A DNA stretch of 64,000 nucleotides from an uncultured delta proteobacterium (GTDB lineage: Bacteria; Desulfobacterota; Zymogenia; Zymogenales; Zymogenaceae). Below are positions 43,007-53,266 of this stretch, one piece after another; positions within the stretch are counted from its first letter, which is position 1; every line of letters starts with the position of its first letter. Below the pieces are notes generated by a model that ran no database searches, had not been told where the DNA came from, and worked only from the letters and a program-made list of their open reading frames with translations. A program made the position numbers and the translations under genes. The stretch lies in the NCBI GenBank assembly GCA_963792965.1, contig CAWBYW010000016.1:224001-288000 (forward strand). Reading direction: 5' to 3'.

Positions 43007-43651
43007 ATGGCCCGTAGAATGCTCAAGAGGGGCGTACTGTTCGTCATCGAGGGTATCGATGGATCGGGAAAAACCACCCAGGCAAAGAGGCTCGTCGAGA
43101 CCCTTTCACGCCGAGGATACGACGCCGTATACCTCCGCGAGCCTACCGATGGGCCCTCGGGCGCCGAGATCAGGCGCGCCGCCCAGGACGGGACAAGGCA
43201 GGGCGACCCCGAGAAGGAATACCGTCTCTTCATGCTCGATAGGAAGGAAAATGTCGCCGACAGCATCCATCCCGCCCTTTCGGCCGGGCGGGTGGTGGTC
43301 CTTGACCGCTACTATTTTTCCACGATGGCTTATCAGGGTGCTCTCGGGCTCGACCCCGAGCGGATCAGGCGGGAAAATGAAGGCTTTGCGCCGGTCCCGG
43401 ACCGCGTCTTTTACCTCTCGATGACGGTCGAGGAGGGGCTGAAGAGGATCTCAAGGAACCGGGGCTCCTTTACCTCCTTTGAGAAGGCGGAATATCTTGA
43501 GAAGGTGAAAGCGATCTTCGATGAGCGTGTGGCGTCTCTCCCGTACACGGTCATCATCGACGGCATGAACGGCCAAGACGATATCTCCGACGAAATCAGG
43601 ACGGGCGCGCTCGCGTTCCTTGAAAGCGTTACTAAACAGCCGGGCCCATGA
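43007..43651 (+). CDS. tmk: Thymidylate kinase
   Basis: EGIDGSGKTTQ, REP and LDRY..S..AYQG motifs. Confidence 0.94.
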   Translation: MARRMLKRGVLFVIEGIDGSGKTTQAKRLVETLSRRGYDAVYLREPTDGPSGAEIRRAAQDGTRQGDPEKEYRLFMLDRKENVADSIHPALSAGRVVVLDRYYFSTMAYQGALGLDPERIRRENEGFAPVPDRVFYLSMTVEEGLKRISRNRGSFTSFEKAEYLEKVKAIFDERVASLPYTVIIDGMNGQDDISDEIRTGALAFLESVTKQPGP

Positions 43652-43772
43652 TAGCAATGGATGTCGGGAACCCCTCAGGATGGTCCCGGGTTTTACCCAC
43701 GGGCTCTCCGAACACGCCCGTGGGACCCATCGACTTCCATCCGACGCCTGCCCACAGGTATCCCGGCCTCTT

Positions 43773-44447
43773 TCACTCATCACCACGCTTAACAAAGGCC
43801 CCGCTGCATGCGCTGCCGAACAGTGCGTACTCCAGCAGATACTTAAGGTAAAAGGAAAATGCGACGGCAAAGAGGATCCCGAGGTACGGGATGATACATA
43901 ACACGATGAAGGCGAAAAAGACACAGACAATCAGCACCACCGCGATGAGGTAGTCCTCAAACACCCTGAAGATGTTCGGGATGATCTCCCAGAGCCTGAA
44001 AGCCGCACCGAAGCGCTCGTCGTTTTTCGCGTAAACGGCAAGGGCCATCGGCAACATGACGACGGCAACGATATACAACACGATACCCGCAATGATGAGC
44101 GCCAGCCCGACCATCCCCCCGCCGCTGTGGATCAGCCACTGCCATCCCCTCAGATAGTAGAGGTAGACCAAAAGCCCCGCGCCCGCCCCCACGAGGATGA
44201 GCGGGATGAGCATATATATAAGACTGATGACGAAGATCAGAAAACCCCGGACGAAGAGGTCGCCCCAGCCGTCCCATTCGGGCATCTCCAGCGGCCCGCC
44301 CAGGACGGCCGGCTTGAATATCCGGTAGGCGTAGCCCGAGCAGAAAAAATTGACGATCGGGATGATCGAAAGCGCGATCCCGATGATCATCTTGACCGCC
44401 CAGTCCTTGTCCTTCGTCGGGAAGGAAAAAATCTCCTTGATATCCAT
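43773..44447 (-). CDS. DUF4013 family membrane protein (paralogue)
   Basis: Same motifs as 41988-42668 (IPIVNFF.SGY, MPEWDGWG, LPMALAVYAKN). Confidence 0.85.
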   Translation of the reverse strand: MDIKEIFSFPTKDKDWAVKMIIGIALSIIPIVNFFCSGYAYRIFKPAVLGGPLEMPEWDGWGDLFVRGFLIFVISLIYMLIPLILVGAGAGLLVYLYYLRGWQWLIHSGGGMVGLALIIAGIVLYIVAVVMLPMALAVYAKNDERFGAAFRLWEIIPNIFRVFEDYLIAVVLIVCVFFAFIVLCIIPYLGILFAVAFSFYLKYLLEYALFGSACSGAFVKRGDE

Positions 44448-44469
44448 GGTCGGTCTCCTCGGAAAGATT

Positions 44470-44510
44470 GACGGGGGCACGAACGCTCCGTTCCTTGCCC
44501 CCGTTTTGTT
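44470..44510. terminator. Terminator-like hairpin
   Basis: ACGGGGGCA-cGAACG-ctc-CGTTC-ct-TGCCCCCGT. Confidence 0.55.
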
Positions 44511-44553
44511 TGTGCCGTATTCCGTTTTCACGATCGGCGGCAGGCCTACTTTC

Positions 44554-46095
44554 CTATTTCTTCTTTGTCCTATCCTTGAATTGGTCCCGCAGCTGGTACT
44601 TGAGGACTTTGCCGGAGACGTTGCGCGGCAGCGCCTCCACGACCTCCATCACCCTCGGGATCTTATAGTCGGCGATCCGCGACTTCAGGAAGGTCTGCAG
44701 CTCCTCGGTGGTGATCGTCTCGTTGGGACGCGGCACGACCACCGCCATGACCGTCTCGCCCCATGCCGGGTGAGGAACGCCGATGATGACGGCGTCGGCC
44801 ACCTTGGGGTTCTCGAAGATGGCGTCCTCCACCTCTTTTGAGTAGACATTCTCCCCACCGGTGATGATCATGTCCTTCTTGCGGTCAACCAGCGTAATGT
44901 AGCCCTCGTCGTCCATGGTGCCGAGGTCACCGGAGTGGACCCAGCCGTCCTTGATCGTGTCGGCCGTCGCATCGGGGTTCTTGTAGTAGCCTTTCATCGC
45001 CATCTCGCCCTTGATGACCAGCTCTCCCACGACGCCGGGCTTAGTTATGGTCTTTTCCTTTTCGTCCACGATGCGGGATTCCATATTGACGACGTACTTG
45101 CCGCCCGCCCCGGCCTTCCTGATCTGGTCGACGGGCAACAGCGCGACGCCGCCCGGCCCCGCCTCGGTGAAGCCGCACAGGCAGAAGAAGGAGTTCGACT
45201 TGAACTTGTCCATCATCTGCTTGACCGCCTCGGCGGCCATGGGCGCCGCGCCGTAGCCGTAGTAGCGGATGCGGGAGAGATCGTATTTCTCGAACGTGGG
45301 GACGCCCATTAACATGCTGTACATGATCGGCGCGCCGAAAAAGAGCGTGATCTTTTCGTTCTGGAGGAGATCCATGACCTTGTCGGGCGGCCAGAACTCC
45401 TTGTTGATGATATGCGTCGCCCCCACGTACGTGCCGGGGTTGAGATAGAGGTTAAGCTCCGCCGAGTGGAAGAGCGGGGCGGCGTGCAGGATGCGGTCCG
45501 CGGGGTTCAACCCGATGAGGGTGGCGATGCTTGTCGTCAAGACCATATGGGCGTGGTGGACGAAGAGCGCGCCCTTGGGTCTGCCGGTGGTGCCGGAGGT
45601 ATAGATGATCTCGCTCTCGTCAAATTCATCTACTTTTACCGACGGCTCGTCCTTCTTGCCCGTTTCGAGGACCTCGGTGAAGGGATCAAACCCTTTGAAT
45701 TTCCCGGGCCCCGCGGAATAGAAATGTTTTACTTTCTTGAGGCGGCCCTTCATCTCCGTCATGGCCGGCTCGAAGACGTCATCGAAGATGACCGCAAACG
45801 CGTCCGAGTTGTCGAAGATATACTCCGCCTCCGGGGGCGCCAGCCTGAAGTTGACCGGGACAGCCACTCCGCCGGCCTTGACGGCACCATAGAAGGCGAA
45901 GACAAAGAGATCGGAGTTGAACATCCAGAGGGCAACCTTATCGCCTTTCTTCAACCCCCCTTTGATCAGGGCGTTGGAGACGGCGTTGACCCGTTCGTTG
46001 ACCTCCCTCCAATTAAGGCGTTTTCCCTCGTATACGAGGGCCTCCTTATCCGGGACCATCCGGGCGTTCCGTGCGACGAGACCTCCAAGATCCAT
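44554..46095 (-). CDS. Long-chain acyl-CoA ligase (AMP-forming)
   Basis: YTSGTTGRPKG, GFTE, SGDLG, DRKKDMIITGGENV and PRN.SGK motifs. Confidence 0.93.
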   Translation of the reverse strand: MDLGGLVARNARMVPDKEALVYEGKRLNWREVNERVNAVSNALIKGGLKKGDKVALWMFNSDLFVFAFYGAVKAGGVAVPVNFRLAPPEAEYIFDNSDAFAVIFDDVFEPAMTEMKGRLKKVKHFYSAGPGKFKGFDPFTEVLETGKKDEPSVKVDEFDESEIIYTSGTTGRPKGALFVHHAHMVLTTSIATLIGLNPADRILHAAPLFHSAELNLYLNPGTYVGATHIINKEFWPPDKVMDLLQNEKITLFFGAPIMYSMLMGVPTFEKYDLSRIRYYGYGAAPMAAEAVKQMMDKFKSNSFFCLCGFTEAGPGGVALLPVDQIRKAGAGGKYVVNMESRIVDEKEKTITKPGVVGELVIKGEMAMKGYYKNPDATADTIKDGWVHSGDLGTMDDEGYITLVDRKKDMIITGGENVYSKEVEDAIFENPKVADAVIIGVPHPAWGETVMAVVVPRPNETITTEELQTFLKSRIADYKIPRVMEVVEALPRNVSGKVLKYQLRDQFKDRTKKK

Positions 46096-46145
46096 ATGAG
46101 ACCTCCATGATACAGTGTTAAAAAGGATGGATAATACGTGGAAAG

Positions 46146-46161
46146 TGATACCTTTGTATCA
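46146..46161. promoter_or_regulatory. Candidate operator palindrome
   Basis: TGATAC-CTTT-GTATCA, about 50 nt upstream of the acyl-CoA ligase start. Confidence 0.45.
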
Positions 46162-46359
46162 GATTTTTCGCCGAGAGTCAAAAATTCTTTTCGCTCTCGA
46201 CAACTTTGTATATAGTTCGTTGGATTGAGCCTCCGCCGACGATCCTCTCCGGGCATTGACTTATCCCTTACTCACTGTTATTATATATAGGTAGGATGTT
46301 TTCCTTGATTTCACGACAAAACATGAGCCGGAAGAGCTCACGAAATAGAGGGATGAGGC

Positions 46360-46563
46360 ATGATTCGGGATATGGTTATCATTTTTACGTGCCCGAAGTG
46401 CGGCCAGCAAAACGCATTCAAGGACGGCATTCCCGAACGGGATAATATCGTCACCTGCCCTTCGTGTGGAAAACCGATCGTGATCGGAGAGGAGTTCCTC
46501 GACGAATTTGAAAGGATCATGGAAGGGTTGGGGGAATCTATTGAGCGGTTTGCCGAGCCGTAG
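46360..46563 (+). CDS. Small zinc-ribbon protein
   Basis: CPKC-x18-CPSC, acidic tail, GAGG RBS. Confidence 0.65.
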   Translation: MIRDMVIIFTCPKCGQQNAFKDGIPERDNIVTCPSCGKPIVIGEEFLDEFERIMEGLGESIERFAEP

Positions 46564-46747
46564 ACACATGATAGTGGCCGGGAGCCCGATGTCATAACGT
46601 GCGGCGCGGATCTCGTTCCGACCGAGACCTACTCCACGTAAAGCCCGGGAAAGAGAAGTGAGACAGCAATCCTTCCTCATCGCGTGAACGGCAGGGGCCC
46701 TTTTGTGGCTTCCGGCTCTACTGGCACGATAGGGAGGGGAGATGTAT

Positions 46748-46843
46748 ATGTCCGCGGGAACCACGAGAAGGAGTTTTCTCAAGGGATGCGCCGTCTCAAC
46801 CGGCGCGATCGCGGCCGCCATAAAAAAGGGGGCGCTCGGATAA
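46748..46843 (+). pseudogene. Twin-arginine signal peptide-only ORF (31 aa)
   Basis: GGGAGGGGAG RBS, then MSAGTTRRSFLKGCAVSTGAIAAAIKKGALG*. Confidence 0.55.
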
Positions 46844-46857
46844 TCCAAGCGCCCCCT
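46822..46857 (-). terminator. Rho-independent terminator of degP
   Basis: Minus strand AGGGGGCGCTTGGA-tta-TCCGAGCGCCCCC-T6. Confidence 0.8.
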
Positions 46858-46878
46858 CATCATCTTGTCCCAAGGACC

Positions 46879-48318
46879 CTACTTATTGATCGCGATGAAG
46901 ATCGTGTTGCCGTTCCGCCAGATCAGGAAGAGATAGCGCCCGGTCTTTTTGCTGTTGGCCATCTCGGCGTTGAACTCGGCAAGATTCTTGATCTTCTTGC
47001 GGTTGACTTCCCTGATCACATCTCCTTTCATGATGCCCGCCCGCTCCGCGAAACTGGCCGGCTCGACCGAGTTGACGATAACTCCGTCGGTATCGGGCAG
47101 CCCAAGGTATTGAGCGATCGTGGGGGTCACCACGTCAACGAGGAGCCCGAGCTCAGTCCTGCTGCCCGGGCCGGTCGTCGGAAGCCCCGCGACTACGCCC
47201 TCACCGGGCATCCTCCCCACCTTCAGGGCGACGGTCATTGACTTCTTTTCCCTCAAGAGCGTGATCGTCACGGTCTCCCCGATTGGGGTATTTGCCGCCG
47301 ACAGTGACAGGTCCCGCACCCTCTTTATATCCTTCCCGTTATACTTCAGGATGATATCGCCTTTCCTGATACCCGCCTTCTCCGCGGGACTTCCCGGCTC
47401 GATGTCGGAGACGAGCGCGCCCTCGGGCTGCGGCAACCCGAAGGACTGCGCAAGCTCCGGGGTAACTTCCTGAATTACCACGCCGAGCCACCCCCGGATG
47501 ACTTCGCCCTTCTTGAGCTGTGACAGCAGGTCCTTGGCAATGTTGATCGGTATGGCGAAGCCGAGCCCCTGTCCCTGCTCGATGATGGCGGTATTGATGC
47601 CCACCACCTCGCCGTTCAGGTTGAAGAGGGGGCCGCCCGAATTACCCGGATTGATCGAGGCGTCTGTCTGGATAAAGTCATCATACGGGCCCGATCCGAT
47701 CACCCTCCCCTTGGCACTGACGATACCGGCGGTCACCGTTTCCGACAGTCCGAAGGGGTTACCGATAGCCATGACCCATTCGCCCACCTCGAGCTTGTCC
47801 GAATCGCCCATCGCCACCGTGGGGAGACTCCTCCCGTCGATCTTGATGAGGGCCAGATCCGTCTTTGAATCGGTCCCGATAACTTTGGCGGTATAGGTCT
47901 TCTCGTTGTGGAGTATGACGGTTATCTCGGTTGCGTTCTCCACGACATGATTGTTGGTAAGGATATATCCGTCCGGGCTGATGATGAACCCGGAGCCGAG
48001 GCTCTGGGTCTCAAAGGACCGGGGCATTTCCCCGAAGTATCGGTTGAAAAAGTCACCGAACGGCTCGTTGTTGCCGAACGGCTGGCTGAACCCCGGTGGC
48101 AGTCCGGTCCCCACCGTCGTCTTCGTGCTGATATTCACGACCGCCGGGGTCAGGTCTTTGGCCAGAACCGTGAAGTCCGGAAGGGTGATATACTTCGGCC
48201 CCTCAGTCCCGGCCGGAGCGGCCGCGGTGAGAAAGACGATAAAGAGCGCCAGAATAACGAGGGCCACAGGAGCCCGGACACCTCTGGGCAGCTGAACTTG
48301 CTTATGTGCCGATATCAT
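46879..48318 (-). CDS. degP: HtrA/DegP/DegQ periplasmic serine protease with 2 PDZ domains
   Basis: GSGF, TNNHV, DLALIK and INPGNSGGPL catalytic motifs; signal peptide. Confidence 0.92.
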   Translation of the reverse strand: MISAHKQVQLPRGVRAPVALVILALFIVFLTAAAPAGTEGPKYITLPDFTVLAKDLTPAVVNISTKTTVGTGLPPGFSQPFGNNEPFGDFFNRYFGEMPRSFETQSLGSGFIISPDGYILTNNHVVENATEITVILHNEKTYTAKVIGTDSKTDLALIKIDGRSLPTVAMGDSDKLEVGEWVMAIGNPFGLSETVTAGIVSAKGRVIGSGPYDDFIQTDASINPGNSGGPLFNLNGEVVGINTAIIEQGQGLGFAIPINIAKDLLSQLKKGEVIRGWLGVVIQEVTPELAQSFGLPQPEGALVSDIEPGSPAEKAGIRKGDIILKYNGKDIKRVRDLSLSAANTPIGETVTITLLREKKSMTVALKVGRMPGEGVVAGLPTTGPGSRTELGLLVDVVTPTIAQYLGLPDTDGVIVNSVEPASFAERAGIMKGDVIREVNRKKIKNLAEFNAEMANSKKTGRYLFLIWRNGNTIFIAINK

Positions 48319-48388
48319 ACGAAAAACCTCCACTGTTACGTTTCTTACGAAATTATCGAAGACGTTGATCGCTCCTCAACGAAATCCG

Positions 48389-49804
48389 CTAACTTTTGTC
48401 GACAATCCGCGGCAATACCACGGTAAACGTGCTCCCCATGCCGGGAGTGCTCGAAACCAGGATCTTCCCCTGGTGGGCCTCGGTGATGAAGCGGCAGATG
48501 GAAAGCCCGAGCCCCGTTCCCCCCTCTTTACGGGACCGGTTCTTATCGACCCTGAAAAAGCGGTCGAAGATCCTTTTCTGGTCCTCCGGAGAGATGCCCG
48601 TGCCGTCGTCGGTGACCCTTATTTCCACGTGATCGGCGTCCACGGACGCGCCGATGTGGATGTGGCCTCCGTTCTTGGTATATTTGATCCCGTTGTCTAC
48701 GAGGTTAAGGAAGACTCTTCTCAGTCCCAGCTCGTTTCCCATGATTTTGATTCCATTGAGCTGCCCGAGATCGAGATCGATTCGCTGTTTTCGGATGTCG
48801 GCCAGGGTCTTTCCCATGTCGTAGACGTCGGCAAGGATGGGAGAAAGCTCCACCGGCTCCATCTCCATGGAAGTCTTGCCGAGGTCCGCGCGGGACAGCA
48901 CCAGGAGGTCCTCCACGATCCGGCTCATCAGGTTGATCTCTTCGATGCCGCTGCTCAGCGTTGCCTTGTACTCCTCCAGGCTCCGGGCCGACCTGAGGGC
49001 CCACTCCGTCTCTCCCTTCAGGATGGTCAAGGGCGTCCTGAGCTCGTGGGAGGCGTCGGCGGAGAACTGCCTGATCTGATCGAAGGATTTCTCAAGCCTT
49101 TCAAGCATCTCGTTAAAGGTGGCGGCCAGCCTTCCGAGCTCGTCCTTCTTGTTTCTGACCGGGATCCGCTGGGAGAGGTCTTTGGCGCCGATCTGCCGGG
49201 CGGCGTCGGTGATCTCGGCCACCGGGCGAAGTGCCGCCTTCGCCAGAAAGTAGCCCCCGACGCTCGAAAGGAGTATTACCGACGGGACCGCCAGCAAAAT
49301 AATCAGCAAGAGCCGCCGAAGCGTTTCCTGGACGTACTCAAGGGAGCTGCCCACCTGAACAAGGTTAACCAGTTTGTTGTTTTTGATGACCGGGTAGCTG
49401 ATCATCCGGATCGGGTATTTATCCAGCCCATAGAGCGTCTCAAAGACGATCTCACCGGTCTCGGCCCGTTTGACCGTTTCGGCGGTTATCGGGAGCTTCT
49501 TCGGGAGGCTCCGGTCCGCGTCGTAGTCGATGTTTCCCGATTTATCGAGGATCTGGATATATTTAGCGGTGGGACGAAAGCCGAAGAATTTTTCGAGGTA
49601 GTTGTTCCACCCCTCGCTGTCCTCGGAGACTCGGCTGGAAGAATCCGCCGTGATCTCGGCAATTGTGGTCAGCTTTTTGTCGACGCTGTCATAGAGCGCC
49701 CGCGAGAGCGTGAAGTAGAGCACGGAGCAAAACGAGATCATCATGAACGCGAGCACGAGGGTGAACCAGCCCACAAGCTTGGCCCGTATGGTCACAAAAA
49801 ACAT
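48389..49804 (-). CDS. Heavy-metal-type sensor histidine kinase (CusS/CzcS-like, HAMP)
   Basis: 2 TM, HAMP, FSADASHELRTPL, IFDRFFRVD and GTGLGL. Confidence 0.92.
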   Translation of the reverse strand: MFFVTIRAKLVGWFTLVLAFMMISFCSVLYFTLSRALYDSVDKKLTTIAEITADSSSRVSEDSEGWNNYLEKFFGFRPTAKYIQILDKSGNIDYDADRSLPKKLPITAETVKRAETGEIVFETLYGLDKYPIRMISYPVIKNNKLVNLVQVGSSLEYVQETLRRLLLIILLAVPSVILLSSVGGYFLAKAALRPVAEITDAARQIGAKDLSQRIPVRNKKDELGRLAATFNEMLERLEKSFDQIRQFSADASHELRTPLTILKGETEWALRSARSLEEYKATLSSGIEEINLMSRIVEDLLVLSRADLGKTSMEMEPVELSPILADVYDMGKTLADIRKQRIDLDLGQLNGIKIMGNELGLRRVFLNLVDNGIKYTKNGGHIHIGASVDADHVEIRVTDDGTGISPEDQKRIFDRFFRVDKNRSRKEGGTGLGLSICRFITEAHQGKILVSSTPGMGSTFTVVLPRIVDKS

Positions 49805-49807
49805 GGC

Positions 49808-50488
49808 CTAATCCTTCAGCATATAGCCTACGCCCCGCACCGTATGCAACAGCTTCTTGGCATAGTCCTTGTCGATCTTGTTGCGGAGGTAGTTGATGTA
49901 GACGTCGATGACGTTGGTGAAGGTGTCGAACTTAATGCTCCAGACATGCTCGGAGATCATCGTCCGGGTGAGGATCCTGCCCGGGTTTCGCATGAAATAT
50001 TCGAGGAGCGAGTATTCCTTAGTGGTGAGGGGGATCTCCTTGCCCTGGCGCGTCACCTTATGCGTGACCGGATCGAGCACGAGATCGTCGATGACGAGCC
50101 TCAGGCTCTCCTCCGCTTTGCCTCGGCGCAGCAGTGCCCGAATGCGGGCCAACAGCTCGTCGAAGGCAAAGGGCTTGGTCACATAATCGTCGGCTCCCAT
50201 ATCCAGCCCCTTGACCTTATCCTCGACCATATCCTTCGCGGTCAGGAGGATAACCGGGATAGAGTTGTTCTTTTTCCTGATATGGGAGAGGACCTCCAGG
50301 CCGTCCATCTTCGGCAGCATGATGTCCAGCACCAGCAGGTCATAGTCATAGACGTCGGACATAGAGACCGCTTCCTCGCCGTCGACGGCCACGTCCACGG
50401 CATACGATTCCTCCTCAAGCCCCCGTTTGATAAAGGACGCCACCTTTGCCTCGTCTTCTACGACCAGGAGTCTCACGATAGCCCTCAT
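49808..50488 (-). CDS. OmpR-family response regulator (CusR/CzcR-like)
   Basis: REC plus winged helix (NVIDVYINYLRNKID, TVRGVGY). Confidence 0.94.
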   Translation of the reverse strand: MRAIVRLLVVEDEAKVASFIKRGLEEESYAVDVAVDGEEAVSMSDVYDYDLLVLDIMLPKMDGLEVLSHIRKKNNSIPVILLTAKDMVEDKVKGLDMGADDYVTKPFAFDELLARIRALLRRGKAEESLRLVIDDLVLDPVTHKVTRQGKEIPLTTKEYSLLEYFMRNPGRILTRTMISEHVWSIKFDTFTNVIDVYINYLRNKIDKDYAKKLLHTVRGVGYMLKD

Positions 50489-50701
50489 AAAATGACTAAG
50501 GAATGGAGAAGATATATCAGCAATATCTTTTAATTATAACTGATTTTTTTCAGATTTCAATTCATATTTTTAGGGTGTTTGCGTCGCTGCGTAAAAGGGG
50601 AAGAAGCACGGTGTTAACACTAAACGGCATGCACAAATGCAAGCGGATGCGTCAAAGCGAGTGGCATAAACCGGGTATTGAAAACATATGCCCGAATGGA
50701 C

Positions 50702-51391
50702 TCATGTCTTCGTCAGCTCGATGCGCAGCCAGATCGGCACGGACGCCAGCGCCGTCTTCTGAATCGTAAAGCTCCGCGCGAAGCGTGTCTTTTTGACTAT
50801 GTCCATGACTTCGTCCACGCTATAGGTCATGCCGAGCTGCTTTTTCAGGAATAGGGGAGAGATCATCCGCCTCAGGATGTTTTCTTCCGACAGATTGACC
50901 TTGAGCGCTTTCTTCAGCGCGTCCTTATCGTAGTCCCGGTAGGTCTCAAATATGACCGCCGTCGCCTTTCGCCTGAGTATCCGGTATATCTCTTCGAGAC
51001 ATTCTTGAGGTTGGTCCCAGAGGTAGAAACTGCCGGTGGCCGTAATAACGTCAAAGAAATCGTCCGGGAAGTCCGTTTTCCGAATGGTGCCTCCGCGCAG
51101 ATCGACCGTGCAGTGTGCGAGGCGTTTTTGGGCGAGTCTGATCATCGATTCCGATATGTCTATACCGTAGAGTTCCATTCGCGGATTCAGCCGGCCAACC
51201 TCGGCCAGGAGCCTTCCCGGCCCGGTGCCCACGTCCAACAGTCGCCCCGCAGGTACCCGGTTGACCAGGTCGTGCGCGATCTCGGCAAACATCGTTCGGT
51301 TTGCCCGCGCGTTCATCAACGAATCGTACAGCACCGCGCCGAAGTTCGGAAGGTCAATAAAGTCCTTTTCTCCCCTACTTCTCGTTTTCAA
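50702..51391 (-). CDS. Class I SAM-dependent methyltransferase
   Basis: LLDVGTGPG and GIDIS motifs; TTG start. Confidence 0.85.
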   Translation of the reverse strand: MKTRSRGEKDFIDLPNFGAVLYDSLMNARANRTMFAEIAHDLVNRVPAGRLLDVGTGPGRLLAEVGRLNPRMELYGIDISESMIRLAQKRLAHCTVDLRGGTIRKTDFPDDFFDVITATGSFYLWDQPQECLEEIYRILRRKATAVIFETYRDYDKDALKKALKVNLSEENILRRMISPLFLKKQLGMTYSVDEVMDIVKKTRFARSFTIQKTALASVPIWLRIELTKT

Positions 51392-51403
51392 CTCCTGGAT
51401 TGC

Positions 51404-52441
51404 TCACGCAGGCCGGGTCCCGTAGCCCGCCGCGAGCTGGCCGCAGGCGGCGGCGATCTCGGCCCCCTTGCTCTTCCTGACGACGGCAAAAAGGTGGCCG
51501 GCCATCAACACCTCCTGGAAGCGGAGGACCTTCTCGTCGTGGGGACGGCCGAGGTGGGCGCCGGGAAACGGGTTGAAGGGGATGAGGTTGATCTTGACCG
51601 GCAGGCCCCGGACGAGATCCCTGAGTGACCTCGCGTGCTCTTCGGTGTCGTTGACCCCATCGATGAGGACGTATTCGATCGTGATGCGCCTCCCCTTTTT
51701 CAGGGGATAGGCCCTGAGCGCCGCCATGAGCTCGGCGAGCGGGTATTTTTTGTTGATCGGCATGATTGATTGCCTGGTCTGGTCGTCCGGCCCGTTCAAC
51801 GAGACGGCGAGGTTCACCAGGACTTCTTTGCCCAGCCGTGCGATCACCTCGGGGATGCCCGCTGTCGAGACGGTCACGTGCCGCCACGAGAAGCCGAGCC
51901 CCCATTCGGCGAGGATGAGTGCGAGCGCCCTCTTCACCTCATCGTAGTTTAACAGCGGTTCTCCCATCCCCATGAAAACAATGTTCGTCACATCCATGCC
52001 CTGCGTCCGGAGGTAGTTCCGTGCGAGGATAACCTGCCCCACGATCTCGCCGGCGCCGAGATTCCTGACGAGCCCGAGCCTGCCTGTCATGCAGAAGGCG
52101 CACCTCAGCGCGCAGCCGACCTGGCTGGAGACGCACAGCGTCGTCCTGTTCTCGTCGGGGATGATGACCGACTCGATCGTGTTCCCGTCGGCAAGTCCCA
52201 GGAGGAACTTCACCGTGCCGTCGCCGGCAACCGACGTCTTCACGACCTCGGGCAGCCCCACCCGGGCGGCCGCGGCGAGGTGCTCGCGGAACTCCCGGGA
52301 GAGGTCGCTCATCCCCTCGATTTCCGAGACGCCCTTTTGATAGAGCCATTTTGTGAGCTGGCGCGCCCGAAACGGCTTTTCGCCGAGAGAGGCGACGAAT
52401 GCCTCGATCTCCTCCGGCAGCATACCTATTAGTTGTTCCAT
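51404..52441 (-). CDS. rlmN: 23S rRNA/tRNA m2A methyltransferase (radical SAM)
   Basis: CVSSQVGCALRCAFC, MGMGEP and AACGQL motifs. Confidence 0.96.
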   Translation of the reverse strand: MEQLIGMLPEEIEAFVASLGEKPFRARQLTKWLYQKGVSEIEGMSDLSREFREHLAAAARVGLPEVVKTSVAGDGTVKFLLGLADGNTIESVIIPDENRTTLCVSSQVGCALRCAFCMTGRLGLVRNLGAGEIVGQVILARNYLRTQGMDVTNIVFMGMGEPLLNYDEVKRALALILAEWGLGFSWRHVTVSTAGIPEVIARLGKEVLVNLAVSLNGPDDQTRQSIMPINKKYPLAELMAALRAYPLKKGRRITIEYVLIDGVNDTEEHARSLRDLVRGLPVKINLIPFNPFPGAHLGRPHDEKVLRFQEVLMAGHLFAVVRKSKGAEIAAACGQLAAGYGTRPA

Positions 52442-52538
52442 AGGCAGAGCTCACGTAAATGAAGGGCCCGAAAGGGCGGCCGACAAGCCGCCCCGACACG
52501 GGCGCGTACACAACTCACCGGGGCGCGTCCCAGGCTTG

Positions 52539-52961
52539 TCAATACGTAAATTTCTCGGTGTCTGAGAAGAAATAGGCGGTTTCCGTCGCCGCCGTTTCGG
52601 GTGCATCGGAGCCGTGCACGGTGTTCACCTCGATGGAGCTTCCGTATTTTTCACGGATCGTCCCCTTGTCAGCCTTCTTGGGGTCGGTGGCCCCCATGAT
52701 CTGACGATTCTTAAGGATGGCGCCCTCGCCCTCGAGAATCATCACGACACACGGCCCGGAGCTCATGAAGTCGGTGAGGCTACCGTAAAAGGGCTTGTCC
52801 CTGTGGACGGCGTAAAAGCCCTCGGCCTCCCGCTTGCTCATGTGGATCATCTTCATCGCCACGATCCTCAGGCTGTTTTCCTCAAAGCGCCTGACGACGT
52901 CACCGATGATCTTCTTCTTTACCCCGTCGGGCTTGATGATGGAAAGCGTCCGCTCGATCAT
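52539..52961 (-). CDS. ndk: Nucleoside diphosphate kinase
   Basis: [10 protein letters not shown] and NTVHGSD motifs. Confidence 0.97.
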   Translation of the reverse strand: MIERTLSIIKPDGVKKKIIGDVVRRFEENSLRIVAMKMIHMSKREAEGFYAVHRDKPFYGSLTDFMSSGPCVVMILEGEGAILKNRQIMGATDPKKADKGTIREKYGSSIEVNTVHGSDAPETAATETAYFFSDTEKFTY

Positions 52962-53266
52962 TAACTCCTCCTTTTACCGATTCAAAACCAGAATAGCGAA
53001 ATTGCTGGACCAACCACGATAAAGCAAATCGAGAGGCCAGACGGGCCCGATGAGAAGGCGCGACGGGCGACAGCCCATCGCCTATAAATTATTTATTTTA
53101 TCATATCTTCCCTCTATTGTCTCGCTTTTTATCGTTTGTGCCCGCATCCCGCGGAAAAACGCCTGCGTCTGCATGGAACTATTTGATTTGCCCACCGAAA
53201 TATGCTCTAATACATCGCGTTTCGGCAATCGCCCGGGGCCTTTACGTTTCAATGAGGGATTCCCAC

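Noticed and set aside
46722-46736. TGGCACG as a sigma-54 -24 box
   Set aside because: No -12 TTGC at the correct spacing
48365-50533. 722-aa plus-strand ORF, and many similar long antisense ORFs (e.g. 35755-37200, 14199-15251, 58298-59407)
   Set aside because: Shadow ORFs opposite well-supported genes in GC-rich DNA; no recognisable motifs
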